From: Malacoraja senta
Taxonomy: Eukaryota
DNA: 64,000 nucleotides
Direction of reading: 5' to 3'
Assembly: GCA_038087875.1 (NCBI GenBank)
Contig: CM075993.1
Location: forward strand, 1,862,001-1,926,000
Position 1 is the first letter of the stretch. The number at the start of each line of letters is the position of its first letter. The notes under the pieces are model-generated. The model did no database searches and was not told the origin of the DNA. It worked only from the letters and a program-made list of their open reading frames with translations. Shown in pieces: positions 1-10,861 of the stretch. A program made the position numbers and the translations under genes.

Positions 1-195
1 GTTCATTGGCTATATTTAACAGGGAGTTAGATGTGGCCCTTGTGGCTAAGGGGATCAGGGGGTATGGAGAGAAGGCCGGTACGGGATACTGAGTTGGATG
101 ATCAGCCATGATCATATTGAATGGCGGTGCAGGCTCGAAGGGCCGAATGGCCTACTCTGCACCTATTTCTATGTTTCTACGTTTCTATGTTTCTA
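1..195 (+). mobile_element. CR1-type LINE 3' end
   Basis: ORF2 C-terminus-like ...ELDVALVAKGIRGYGEKAGTGY, then 3'UTR 'gatcagccatgatcatattgaatggcggtgcaggctcgaagggccgaatggcctact' and a (tttctatg)n tail. Confidence 0.85.
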
Positions 196-501
196 ACCGC
201 TCTTCATCAGTTAAATCCACAAATTCCTTTTAGTTAATTTTTTGTCTCTCGACTAATCTAAGTAGGAACCATTTCCTTATGAAACATTAGCAAAATAAAT
301 CAAACAATTAAAAGCCCATACTCAGAAGACTCATTATATTAATTAAAATTAGATATCTTCATAATAGAATCTTTAATCCATATAAATACAAATACATCAT
401 TGTTTCAACTTGCACGATGCAAGCAGCTTTAGTCATCAAACCAATTAAAATGGTTCTGAATCCATTTTTACAAGATAAATAAGTTGTTAATCACCAAAGA
501 T

Positions 502-703
502 AAGACACAAAATGCTGGAGTAACTCAGCGGGACAGGCAGCACCTCTGGAGAGAAGGAATGGGTCAAAGAGTCTGAAGAAGGGTCTCGACCCGAAACGTC
601 ACCCATTCCTTCTCTCCAGAGATGCTGCCTGTCCCGCTGAGTTACTCCAGCATTTCGTGTCCCATCTTCGGTTTAAAACAGCAACTGCAGTTCCTTCCTA
701 CAC
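502..703 (+). mobile_element. Fold-back Penelope-like pLTR-derived element with hammerhead motif
   Basis: About 60-bp inverted arms (504-564 vs 601-661) flank CTGAAGA-AGGGTCTCGACCC-GAAACGTC; similar to the 3' UTR of the PLE fragments at 20300 and 38430. Confidence 0.8.
573..600 (+). ncRNA. Minimal type-I hammerhead ribozyme motif (PLE-associated)
   Basis: CUGAAGA core, extra A, stem II GGGU-CUCG-ACCC, GAAA, palindromic ACGU stem III, GUC triplet; local stem I is only about 2 bp. Confidence 0.6.
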
Positions 704-1375
704 ATGCAGCCCACAATACATGGAGGGAGCCATTTATGCTTAAGTCAGTATATTGTAGTCACGTCTAGATATTTCTAGTTCTTGGAGACTCTTGGATGGA
801 TAGGGCAGGGTTTGGAGGGATCTGGGCCAAATGCAGGCAAATGGGACTAGTGTAGATGGGACATGTTGGCCGGTGTGGACACGTTGGGCTGAAGGGCCCG
901 TTTCCACACTGTTTGACTCCATGACTCTGTGAAGACTCTCATTTTGTTTACATCTCTGAAGTCGAAGGCCCCAAGATGGCACGGGGAAAACTGTGAACTT
1001 CCTCAGGTGTAACCTGCTATTCTTGTTTAAGTTTGATATGCGTTTATGAGTAGTAAGATTTTTACCGAACTGTCTTCACAAAAGTGAATTCCACCGTACC
1101 TAAGTGCATGTGACAATTCAGCAGCATTGAACGTTTATAGATCGTACACACTACAGCCAGGTATCTATGTAGTACTGGTAAAGTGAACTAGCATAGATGG
1201 GTATCTCTGTCAACATAGATGCGTAGGGCCGAACTTACGAACTCTGTACAGACAGCACCCCTGGTCAGGATGAACCCAGGCTCTGGCGTGTGAGGTAGCA
1301 GCTCTACCGCTGCGCCACCATGCCCCCCCCCCACCCCCCCCCCCCCCATCTCTCCACCTCTGTTGGGGATGTGTA

Positions 1376-1822
1376 GATTCAAGATTCAAGAGAGTTTATT
1401 GTCATGTGTCCCAGATAGGACAATGAAATTCTTGCTTTGCTTCAGCACAACAGAATATAGACGTCATTGACTACAAAACAGATCAGTGTGTCCATATACT
1501 ATTGAATATACATACACACACATAAATAAGCAGATAAAGTGCAATAGGCCTATTAAAGTTCAGAGTTTTGTTTGAGTTGAGTTTAATAGTCTGATGGCTG
1601 TGGGGAAGCAGCTATTCCTGAACCTGGTCGTTGCAGTCTTCAGGCTCCTGTACCTTCTACCTGAAGGTAGTGGAGAGATGAGTGTGTGGCCAGGATGGTG
1701 TGGGTCCTTGATGATGCTGCCAGCCTTTTTGAGGCAGCGACTGCGATAGATCCCCTCGATGGTGGGGAGGTCAGAGCCGAGGATGGACTGGGCAGTGGTC
1801 ACAACTTTTTTGCAGTCTTTTC
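1376..1822 (-). mobile_element. Rex1/Babar-type LINE 3' fragment
   Basis: Minus ORF ...TAQSILGSDLPTIEGIYRSRCLKKAGSIIKDPHHPGHTLISPLPSGRRYRSLKTATTRFRNSCFPTAIRLLN, typical of the Rex1 RT C-terminus; (gaatctt)n tail. Confidence 0.85.
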
Positions 1823-2402
1823 CACTCCTGGGCGCAGGAATCGAGTCACTCTCAGTCCTCGGATGCGAATGTGGTGGAACGCGGCTATTAACTGGAACAA
1901 GGATGAGGGAGCGGGTACCGCGGATACTGAGCCCGGCTTCGCACAGAGCAGCCCGACTGGGGCACGGGGATCGGACCCGGGCACTGACCGAACAAGAGTG
2001 GGAGCGGAGCGGCTCCAGTGTGTGGCCCCAGGACACAGAGCAAGGAGACTGATGCTCAGCTCAATATATCCACCCACCCCTCCCCGAACAAATTTCCAGC
2101 ACCAGCGGACACAGATGGGAGAAGAAAGATCATTCAATAATTGCGGTTTTCAAAGAAAATAACAAGTGATTATCAATGTTCTGACACAACGGGGGTGGAG
2201 CACTAAAGGACTCCCCAACGGGGAGAGAGGGAGAGGGAGAGGGAGAGAGCAATCAGTTTACATTGATATTGAACACAGCTGTGTATCTACAGGCCTCACC
2301 CTCTCTTGCTTACATCCACTTTGCCACCCGCCGTTTGATAGCCAGTATAGACCATAGAACATAGAACAGTACAGCACAAGAACAGGCCCTTCGGCCCACA
2401 AG

Positions 2403-2606
2403 ACAGACACAAAATGCTGGAGCAACTCAGCGGGACAGGCAGCATCTCTGGAGAGAAGGAATGGGGCAAAGAGTCTGAAGAAGGTTCTCGACCCGAAACA
2501 TCACCCATTCCTTCTGTCCAGAGATGCTGCCTGTCCCGCTGAGTTACTCCAGCATTTTGTGTCCATCTTCGGTTTAAACCCAGCAACTGCAGTTCCTTCC
2601 TACACA
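2403..2606 (+). mobile_element. Fold-back PLE pLTR-derived element (paralogue of 502-703)
   Basis: Same arms, same 'caaagagtctgaagaa' junction and same downstream unique flank as 502-783. Confidence 0.8.
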
Positions 2607-2626
2607 TGCAGCCCACAATATATGTA

Positions 2627-2958
2627 GGATGTTGGGGAAGTCCAGGACAAGGGGTCACAGCTTAAGGATAAGGGGGAAATCCTTTAAGACCGAGATGAGG
2701 AAAAACTTTTTCACACAGAGAGTGGTGAATCTCTGTAACTCTCTGCCACAGAAGGTAGTTGAGGCCAGTTCATTGGCTATATTTAAGAGGGAGTTAGATG
2801 TGGCCCTTGTGGCTAAAGGGATCAGGGGGTATGGAGAGAAGGCAGGTACGGGATACTGAGTTGGATGATCAGCCATGATCATATTGAATGGCGGTGCAGG
2901 CTCGAAGGGCCGAATGGCCTACCTCCTGCACCTATTTTCTATGTATCTATGTATCTAT
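2627..2958 (+). mobile_element. CR1-type LINE 3' fragment
   Basis: ORF MLGKSRTRGHSLRIRG...FFTQRVVNLCNSLP, then 3'UTR and a (tctatgta) tail. Confidence 0.9.
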
Positions 2959-3641
2959 GAGCCATTTATGCTTACGTCAGTATATTGTAGTCAAGTCTAG
3001 ATATTTCTAGTTCTTATCTGTATGTACGCTAGTAGGTGAGGTTTTGATACATAGAGGGGTTGTGTCCACATGTGGAGAGCCTAGCGCAAACTCAGAGATT
3101 TAGAGGTGTTTCAGAAGGAACTGCAGATGCTGGAAAAATCGAAGGTAGACAAAAATGCTGGAGAAACTCAGCGGGTGAGGCAGCATCTATGGAGCGAAGG
3201 AATAGGTGACGTTTCGGGTCTGAAGAAGGGTCTCGACAGTAATAGGACAGTAACTAGATAGTTTTTTTTATATAGAACAGTGAACATAGACTAGGACAGG
3301 AAAGGAGCAGGCCCTTTGGCCCACAATGCCCGTGCTATACATGATGTCAAATTAACACCAATCTCTGCCTTGCACATAATTCTAATCCCTCCATTCCCTG
3401 AAAATCCATGTACCTATCCAAAAGCCTCTTAAACACCACTATCGTATCTGCCTCCACCACCACCCTGGCAGCTCGTTCCAGGCACCCCCACCCTCTGTAT
3501 AAAAAACCTTCCCCTACATCCCCTTGAAACTTTGCCCCTCTCACCTTAAAACCATGCCCTCTAGTATTTGAGTTTTCCAACCTGCGAAAAAAGGTTCTGA
3601 ATGTCTCCCCTATCTATGCCTCTTATGACTTTATACATATA

Positions 3642-4266
3642 CTAGACCAAGTGGGACGCGTTGGGTCCCAGTCACACGGGACGCCTGGTCCCCCAACGCA
3701 ACCCGGTCCCCAACGCAATATTCCACCACTCACCCACAGCCGGCAACTGCGCAGATGCTGCTCATTTTGCCTTATTCAGCCTCTCTGGGGTGGGAGATTG
3801 CAACCTTCACGTGGTCCGCCCTGTTTCGACTAATGCAATCAACTCGACGTGCACAAACGGAAGATCAAATAGAACAAGTTGTCCAACAACTTAGGCTGTG
3901 CACGCCACACGAAAGAAGAAGAAGCCTCCCTCATTTTTAAACTTAAAAAAATAATGCATTTGCATTTGCTAGGGCGAGCACAACTCAGTGTACTTGGATA
4001 GCGGCAATTTTGCGAGCAGGGCTAAGCACGGGAATAAGCGAAAGACAGTTGTTTTTTTTCAAGTTTTTAGAGATTTTTGAACATTTTCCTAAATAATTGG
4101 AGAAATAAAGCTTGTAATTTTCAGGTAAGCCGATTTCTGAATCCACGGGGTAAAACTCTACAGGAATATGTAAACAATTTACCGTTAGAGTGTCGATTTT
4201 TCTAGCAGTGTGATTATACACACACACACACACACACACACATCCAAGATCTGAGTTTTAATAGTT
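3642..4266 (-). mobile_element. Non-autonomous Helitron-like element (copy 1, possibly composite)
   Basis: Minus strand ends with hairpin tgggaccc-aac-gcgtccca, then cttggtCTAG|T; (TG)n tract near its 5' end. Confidence 0.55.
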
Positions 4267-4267
4267 A

Positions 4268-4657
4268 CTAGACCAAGTGCAGACCCGTTGGGTCTGGACC
4301 CTGAACGTGCTTCAAACCCCAGGGCGAAAAAAGCGCTAGCGAAAGAAAAAAAATGGCGTCGTTTTTGGAGCGGAGCCGGGCGGCAGCAGCCGTTATGGTG
4401 GCTGGCCAGCAGGAGGAGACAAAATGAGTGAGTGGGGGGGGGGGGGGAGAAGGATTTTATTAAAAATGTGTACATAAACACGACGAAATTTAATCAGGAG
4501 TGGATACTTGGAATGAAAAGTGAAAATCTCGGCGTTTCTGCGTGTGGTGTTGGCGTAGCAACGATTCAAATGAAGGCTGGCACCCACAAGTCAGGCAGGA
4601 ACACACACACACACAGGCAGAAACACACACGCACACAGAGTTTTAAATATAGATAGA
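4268..4657 (-). mobile_element. Non-autonomous Helitron-like element (copy 2)
   Basis: Minus strand: A|TCTATCTATATTTAAAACTC 5' end, (TG)-rich tract, perfect 7-bp hairpin cagaccc-aac-gggtctg, then cacttggtCTAG. Confidence 0.65.
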
Positions 4658-4996
4658 TATATATGTGTGTGTGGGGTAACAGTAATTCCTAGCTAGCGAC
4701 TGGTCTTTGCAGTATCTTAAGGAAAGTGTGGAGTTACATGAATGAGAAAAGGAAAGAATATTTCCGTTCAAGTGAGTGGTGGATGAGTAAAGTAAAATGC
4801 TGGCAGTCTCTGGTATTAGTGAGGGAAGCAACAGCTAATCAGCTTTCCAATCTGGCTGGGTTTTGTCCATCGCTGTCCCCTATGGCTGCTTTAAGCCTCA
4901 TTAAAATGATCTGAAAGTTCAACTCCTTGTCTTTTTACAGACAGTTCTGTCTGCCTCGTCAATGTGGAAGGTTCAAACGTTTCAAAGGTTCCGTTC

Positions 4997-5270
4997 ACTC
5001 CACCTACACCTCACGCTGCCTCGGCAAGGCCAGCAGCATCATCAAGGACCAGTCACTCACTCTTCCCTCTCCCATCGGGCAAGAGGTACACAAGTGTGAA
5101 AACGCACACTTCCAGATTCAGAGACTGTTTCTTCCCAGCTGTTATCAGGCAACTGAACCATCCTATCACCAACTAGAGAGTGGTCCTGACCCTCCCATCT
5201 ATAAAATTGGAGACCCTCGGACTATCATTGGTCGGACTTGACTGGACTATATCTTGCACTGGCCATTATT
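4997..5270 (+). mobile_element. Degenerate Rex1/Babar-type LINE 3' fragment
   Basis: YTSRCLGKASSIIKD / LFPLPSGKRYTSVKTHTSRFRDCFFPAVIRQLN in two frames. Confidence 0.75.
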
Positions 5271-5371
5271 CATGTTATTTCCCTTATCCCATGCTGAGAG
5301 AATGGAGCGGCTGGGCTTGTACACTCTGGAGTTTAGAAGGATGAGAGGGAATCTCATTGAACATATAAGGT

Positions 5372-6152
5372 TACATAGATACATAGAAAATAGGTGCAGG
5401 AGTAGGCCATTCGGCCCTTCGAGCCTGCACCGCCATTCAATATGATCATGGCCTGATCATCCAACTCAGTATCCCGTACCTGCCTTCTCTCCATACCCCC
5501 TGATCCCTTTAGCCACAAGGGCCACATCTACACTCCCCTCTTAAATATAGCCAATGAACTGGCCTCAACCTACCCTCTGAGAGAGTTCCAGAGATTCACC
5601 ACTCTCTGTGTGAAAAAGTTTTTCCTCATCTCGGTCTTAAAGGATTTCCCCCTTATCCTTAAGCTGTGACCCCTTGTCCTGGACTTCCCCAACATCGGGA
5701 ACAATCTTCCTGCATCTAGCCTGTCCAACCCCATAAGAATTTTGTACGTTTCTATAAGATCCCCTCTCAATCGCCTAAATTCTAGCGAGTATAAGCCAAG
5801 TCTATCCAGTCTTTCTTCATATGAAAGTCCTGACATCCCAGGAATCAGTCTGGTGAACCTTCTCTGCACTCCCTCTATGGCTATAATGTCCTTCCTCAGA
5901 TTTGGAGACCAAAACTGTACGCAATACTCCAGGTGTGGTCTCACCAAGACCCTGTACAACTGCAGTAGAACCTCCCTGCTCCTATACTCAAATCCTCTTG
6001 CTATGAAAGCCAACATACCATTCGCTTTCTTCACTGCCTGCTGCACCTGCATGCCAACTTTCAATGACTGGTGTACCATGACACCCAGGTCTCGCTGCAT
6101 CTCCCCATTTCCTAATCGGCCACCATTTAGATAATAGTCTGCCTTCCCGTTT
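5372..6152 (-). mobile_element. CR1-type LINE ORF2 C-terminal fragment and 3'UTR
   Basis: RDLGVMV...KANGMLAFI...LYRVLVRPHLEYCVQFWSP...IEGVQRRFTRLIPG...RGDLIETYKI...TRGHSLRI. Confidence 0.95.
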
Positions 6153-6174
6153 TTGCCACCACTGCCTGCCACCG

Positions 6175-6540
6175 TTGTTAAGGGCTTGGACACACTAGAG
6201 GCAGGAAACATGTTCCCGATGTTGGGGGAGCCCAGAACCAGGGGCCACAGTTTAAGAATAAGGAGTAAGCCATTTAGAACGGAGACGAGGAAACACGTTT
6301 TCTCACAGAGAGTGGTGAGTCTGAGGAATTCTCTGCCTCAGAGGGCGGTGGAGGCAGGTTCTCTGGATGCTTTCGAGCCAGCACCGCCATTCAATGTGAT
6401 CATGGCTGATCATCCCCAATCAGTACCCCGTTCCTGCCTTCTCCCCATATCCCCTGACTCTGCTATATTTAAGAGCCCTATCTAGCTCTCTCTTGAAAGC
6501 ATCCAGAGAACCCGCCTCCACCGCCCTCTGAGGCAGAGAA
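6175..6540. mobile_element. Two inverted CR1 3' fragments
   Basis: Plus-strand KGLDTLEAGNMFP...RVVSLRNSLP abuts a minus-strand CR1 3' end. Confidence 0.75.
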
Positions 6541-7039
6541 TGCATTGGTCGGTGCGGACCCGGTGGGCCGAAGGGCCTGTTTCCGTGCTGTATCTCTAAA
6601 CGCTGGTGCGGTGAGGCAGCAGTTCCACCCGCTGCGTCACTGTGCATTTGTGCACATTTCGAAGGGGAAGGACCTTATTTGAAGGCAAGAGTTTACACTT
6701 TCGCACGGCAGGCGTAGTAAGCTTCGGCAGCAGCTGAATTGTGACAGTAATTGCTCTCCCAAATGACCCATCCATGATGTGAATTAGACAACAATTGTTT
6801 CTGGAGTAAAAGGTGAGCACATTACATGGTGGCAAAGAATGACTTCAAAGTTCCAATCCACCCACGGACAAAATGTAACCGTATTTTTAGTTGACTAGAT
6901 GTTTCTATCGTGGCTGAGCTTTCTTCTTAAATAGGCAGCAACGTACGTATCCAGTTCTCTGTTCCTCCAACATCTCTGTTACATGTCACTCAGGGTGGGA
7001 AAGTGTCACCTCACACCACCCTCATTACAGGTTCTCCAG

Positions 7040-7665
7040 ACAGACAGAGAGAGGGAGTGTGTGTGTGCGTGTGAGAGAGAGAGTGGGGAGAGAGAGAGTG
7101 TGTGTGTGAGGAGAGAGAGAGTGGGGGAGAGAGAGAGTGTGTGTGTGCGTGTGAGGGAGAGAGAGAGTGGGGAGAGAGAGAGTGTGTGTGTGCGTGTGAG
7201 GGAGAGAGAGTGTGTGAGAGAGAGGGAGAGAGAGAGAGAGAGTGTGTGAGAGAGAGAGAGAATGGGGAGAGAGAGAGTGTGTGAGAGAGAGAGAGAGAGA
7301 GTGTGTGTGTGTGAGGGAGAGAGAGAGAGAGTGGGGAGAGAGAGAGGGAGAGAGAGAGAGAGTGTGTGAGAGAGAGAGAGAGAGAGTGTGTGTGAGAGAG
7401 AGAGAGTGAGAGTGTGTGTGAGAGAGAGAGAGAGTGTGTGTGAGAGAGAGAGAGAGAGAGAGTGGGGGAGAGAGAGAGGGAGGGGGAGGGAGAGAGTGTG
7501 AGAGTGTGAGAATGAGAGAGAGGGGGGGAAGAGAGAGAGAGGGGGGAAGAGAGAGAGAGAGAGAGAGAGGGGGGGAAGAGAGAGAGAGAGGGGGGGGAAG
7601 AGAGAGAGAGAGGGGGGAAGAGAGAGAGAGAGAGGGAGAGAGGGAGAGGGAGAGGAGAGAGAGAA
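7040..7665. repeat. (GA)n/(GT)n compound microsatellite
   Basis: Direct inspection. Confidence 0.95.
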
Positions 7666-7689
7666 AGATTATCGCACTGTAGATTTGGT

Positions 7690-8005
7690 TTCAGTTTTAC
7701 AGATACAGCATGGAAACAGGCCCTTTGGCCCACCGAATCCGTGTCGACCAACGAGCACTGGCCCACATTAGTTTCTATGTATCCCAGTTTCACGTCCTAC
7801 ACACTAGGGGCAATTTACACAAGCGAATTAACCTTCAAACACGCACATCTTTGGAGTGTGGGAGTAAACCGGAGCACCCGGAGGAAACCCACGCAGTCCA
7901 CGCGGAGAACGTACAAACTCCACACAGACAGCACTCTTAGTCAGGGTCTAACCCGGGTCTCTGGCGCTGTGGGGCAGCAACTCTACCGCTGCACCACTGT
8001 GCCGT
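7690..8005 (-). mobile_element. tRNA-derived V-SINE (HE1-like)
   Basis: tRNA-like head, V-domain (gtacgttctcc...ggtttcctccgggtgctccggttt...ccaaaga) and CR1-like tail. Confidence 0.8.
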
Positions 8006-8295
8006 ACTGAAGCTAAAGAATGTGAGTCAGAACTGGAAATGAGACAAAGGGATGTTGCTAAGGTGCAGGTGGGAGTAAAAATAACAATTTCGTAACGACC
8101 GGATCATGCCTCAGTTTTGCGATTTTTGCAATTATTTTCAGCAGCGCCTTTTGAAGTCAGATGTCTTCTGTAGAGAAAAAAGTCAAAGTAACTTTGATGT
8201 CCAAGTCAAGCACCAAAGATTACTGGCCATCACGTTAGACTCAGTCACGGAACTTACACCCCATCCCTGCCAGTATTTATTATCCATCTCCTTCA

Positions 8296-8652
8296 AGGCA
8301 GCATGGTGACGCAGCAGTAGAGTTGCTGCCTCACAGCGCCAGAGACCCAGGTTCGATCCTGACTGGAGGTGCTGTCTGTACGGAGTTATGTATGTTCATC
8401 CCGTGGGTTTCTCCGGGAGCTCCGCTTTCCTCCCCCACTCCAAAGACGTACATGTTTGCAGGTTAATTGGCTTGGTATAAATGTAAAAAAAATAGGTTTG
8501 TAGGTTAATTGGCTTAGATAAATTGTAAATTGTCCCTAGTGTGTGTAGGATAGTGTTACTGTGCGGGGATCGCTGGTCGGTACGGACTCGGTGGGCCGAA
8601 GGGCCTGTTTCCACGCTGTATCTCTACACTAAACCAAACTGGACTAAACTAA
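8296..8652 (+). mobile_element. tRNA-derived V-SINE (HE1-like)
   Basis: A/B-box-like 'ggtgacgcagcagtag'/'gttcgatcc', V-domain, tail 'gggccgaagggcctgtttccacgctgtatctct' and (ctaaa)n. Confidence 0.85.
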
Positions 8653-8854
8653 AGGAGGTCAAACCTTTTCTCCCCTTGGGTGAGAAGCAACATCACCTAG
8701 CAACAAATGCAGCATTGGGATGTTTCCAGCTCGTTGTGGATATCTCAGGTCAGATGAAGCCAAGTGCAGAATCTACCATCGGGCTGACTTGAGCTTCCAC
8801 ATGAAGTCCCATGTCACCGCAGACTATTCTTTATGCATGACACAGCACGCACTA

Positions 8855-9468
8855 GGGCGGACACGGTGGCGCAGCGGTAGAGTTGCTGCCTTACAGGGGA
8901 TGCAGCGGCGGAGACCCGGGTTCGATCCTGACTACGGGCGCTGTCTGTACGGAGTTTGTACGTTCTCCCCGTGACCTGCGCGGGTTTTCTCCGAGGTCTT
9001 CGGATTCCTCCCACACTCCGAAGACGTACAGGTTTGTAGGTTAATTGGCTCGGTGTAAATGTTTTTAAAAATTGTCCCTAGTGGGTGTAGGATAGTGTTA
9101 TACTATCGGAGGGGAGAGTGGACGCTGGCGCGGTTTAGCTGCCGCTGCTCTCCCCTCAAATTGTGTTTCTGATTTTCATTTTTGTGCCTTTGGAATGAAT
9201 TCTGTCCTTAATTTGTGTATTGTGATGTTGTTGATGTCTCTACTATTTTTTTTTATTTTTTTAATTCTGCTTATATGTTTTGTAATCTGTTTATCTGCAA
9301 GGCGTCCTTGAGAGTCTTTGAAAGGCGCCCATAAGTGTAATGATAAATAAAAATAAAAAAAATAATAAGTATCCTATAGGACGGTGTTAGTGTGCGTGGA
9401 TCGCTGGTCGGCGCGGACCCGGCGGGCCACAAGGGCCTGTTTCTGCGCTGTATCTCTAAACTGAACTA
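8855..9468 (+). mobile_element. V-SINE interrupted by an approximately 270-bp insert (about 9101-9375)
   Basis: SINE breaks after 'taggatagtgtta' and resumes at 'taggacggtgtta'; the insert ends in an L2-like 'aaggcgtccttgag...gaaaggcgccc' stem-loop and an A-rich tail. Confidence 0.75.
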
Positions 9469-10339
9469 GAGCTCGTTGCTTAAACTGTCTGCGAATAATG
9501 TGATACGTAGATTGAAGGACATCTGGTCTGGTCTGAATCCAAACTCCTTGTAATAATTTACACTGTAGGAACATTATATTCAAAGACTGTTCCTTAAGGG
9601 AGCAGATAAAAGCCCCTGAGACAGACACAAAAAGCTGGAGTAACTCAGCGGGTTCAGACAGCATCTCTGGAGAAAAGGAATAGGTGACTGAGGAAGGGTC
9701 TCGACCCGCAACGTCACATAGAAACATAGACATAAAAGATAGGCGCAGGAGTAGGCCATTCGGCCCTTCGAGCCAGCACCACCTTTCATTATGATCTTGG
9801 CTGATCATCCAAAATCAGTACCCTGTTGGGATGGGAGATTGCAACCTTCACGTGTTCCGGTCAAATAGAACAAGTTGTCCTACAACGTTAGACTGTGCAC
9901 GCCATACGCAAGAAGATGAAGTACCATGTTCCTGCTTTCTCCCCATATCACCTCTTCCTTTTCTCCAGAGATGCTGCCTGTCCCGCGGAGTTACTCCAGG
10001 TTTTTGTGTCTAGCTGCGGTTTCAACCACCATCTGCAGTTCCTTCCCACACAAGGTTGTGTTTGGGGGGCTATTCGCTGCACAGTTGACCAGTTCTTTAT
10101 TGGGCGATGATTGAGTGATGCTCGCTTCATCAAAGACCTCTCGTCCTTGGTGCACTTCTCATCGGGAGGTTTGGCTGATTTATGTCCCAAGCTGAACCCA
10201 TCCTTCTGGGCGGAGAGCAGACACCTGCTATATTCAACAGCAATCATCTGTAAAATGCAGTAATTGGATTGTTCACAACCACAATCTTGGGACACAGAAG
10301 ATAAAGTTGGAACCTGAGACCAATCTCCACTTTTGTTTG

Positions 10340-10861
10340 ATGGTCTGGGCACCGTGTTATGGGAAAGACGTTGTCAAGCTGGAAAGGGCGCGGAGAAGAT
10401 TTACGAGGATGTTGCCAGGACTAGAGGGTGTGAGCTACAGGGAGGGGTTGGAGCAGGCTGGGACTCTATTCCTTGGAGAGCAGGAGGATGAGGGGGTGAT
10501 CTTATAGAGGTGTTTGAAATCATGAGAGGAATAGATCGGGTAGATGCACAGAGTCTCTTGCCCAGAGTAGGGGAATCGAGGACCAGAGGACATTGGTTTA
10601 AGGTGAAGGGGAAAAGATTTAACAGGAATCTGAGGGGTAACATTTTCATACAAAGGGCGGTGGGTGTATGGGACGAGCTGCCAGAGGAGGTAGTTGAGGC
10701 TGGGACTATCCCAACGTTTAAGAAACAGTTTGACAGATACATGGATAGGACAGGTTTGGAGGGATATGGACCAAACGCAGGCAGGTGGGAGTAGTGTAGC
10801 TGGGACATGTTGGCCGGTGTGGGCAAGTTGGGCCGAAGGGCCTGTTTCCACGCTGTATCAC
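10340..10861 (+). mobile_element. CR1-type LINE 3' fragment (second subfamily; tail shared with V-SINEs)
   Basis: VWAPCYGKDVVKLERARRRFTRMLPG / FEIMRGIDRVD...TRGHWFKVKG; ends 'gggccgaagggcctgtttccacgctgtatc'. Confidence 0.9.

Noticed and set aside
8855..8935. tRNA gene
   Set aside because: The tRNA-like A/B boxes are SINE heads continuous with the V-domain and CR1-like tail; no full cloverleaf
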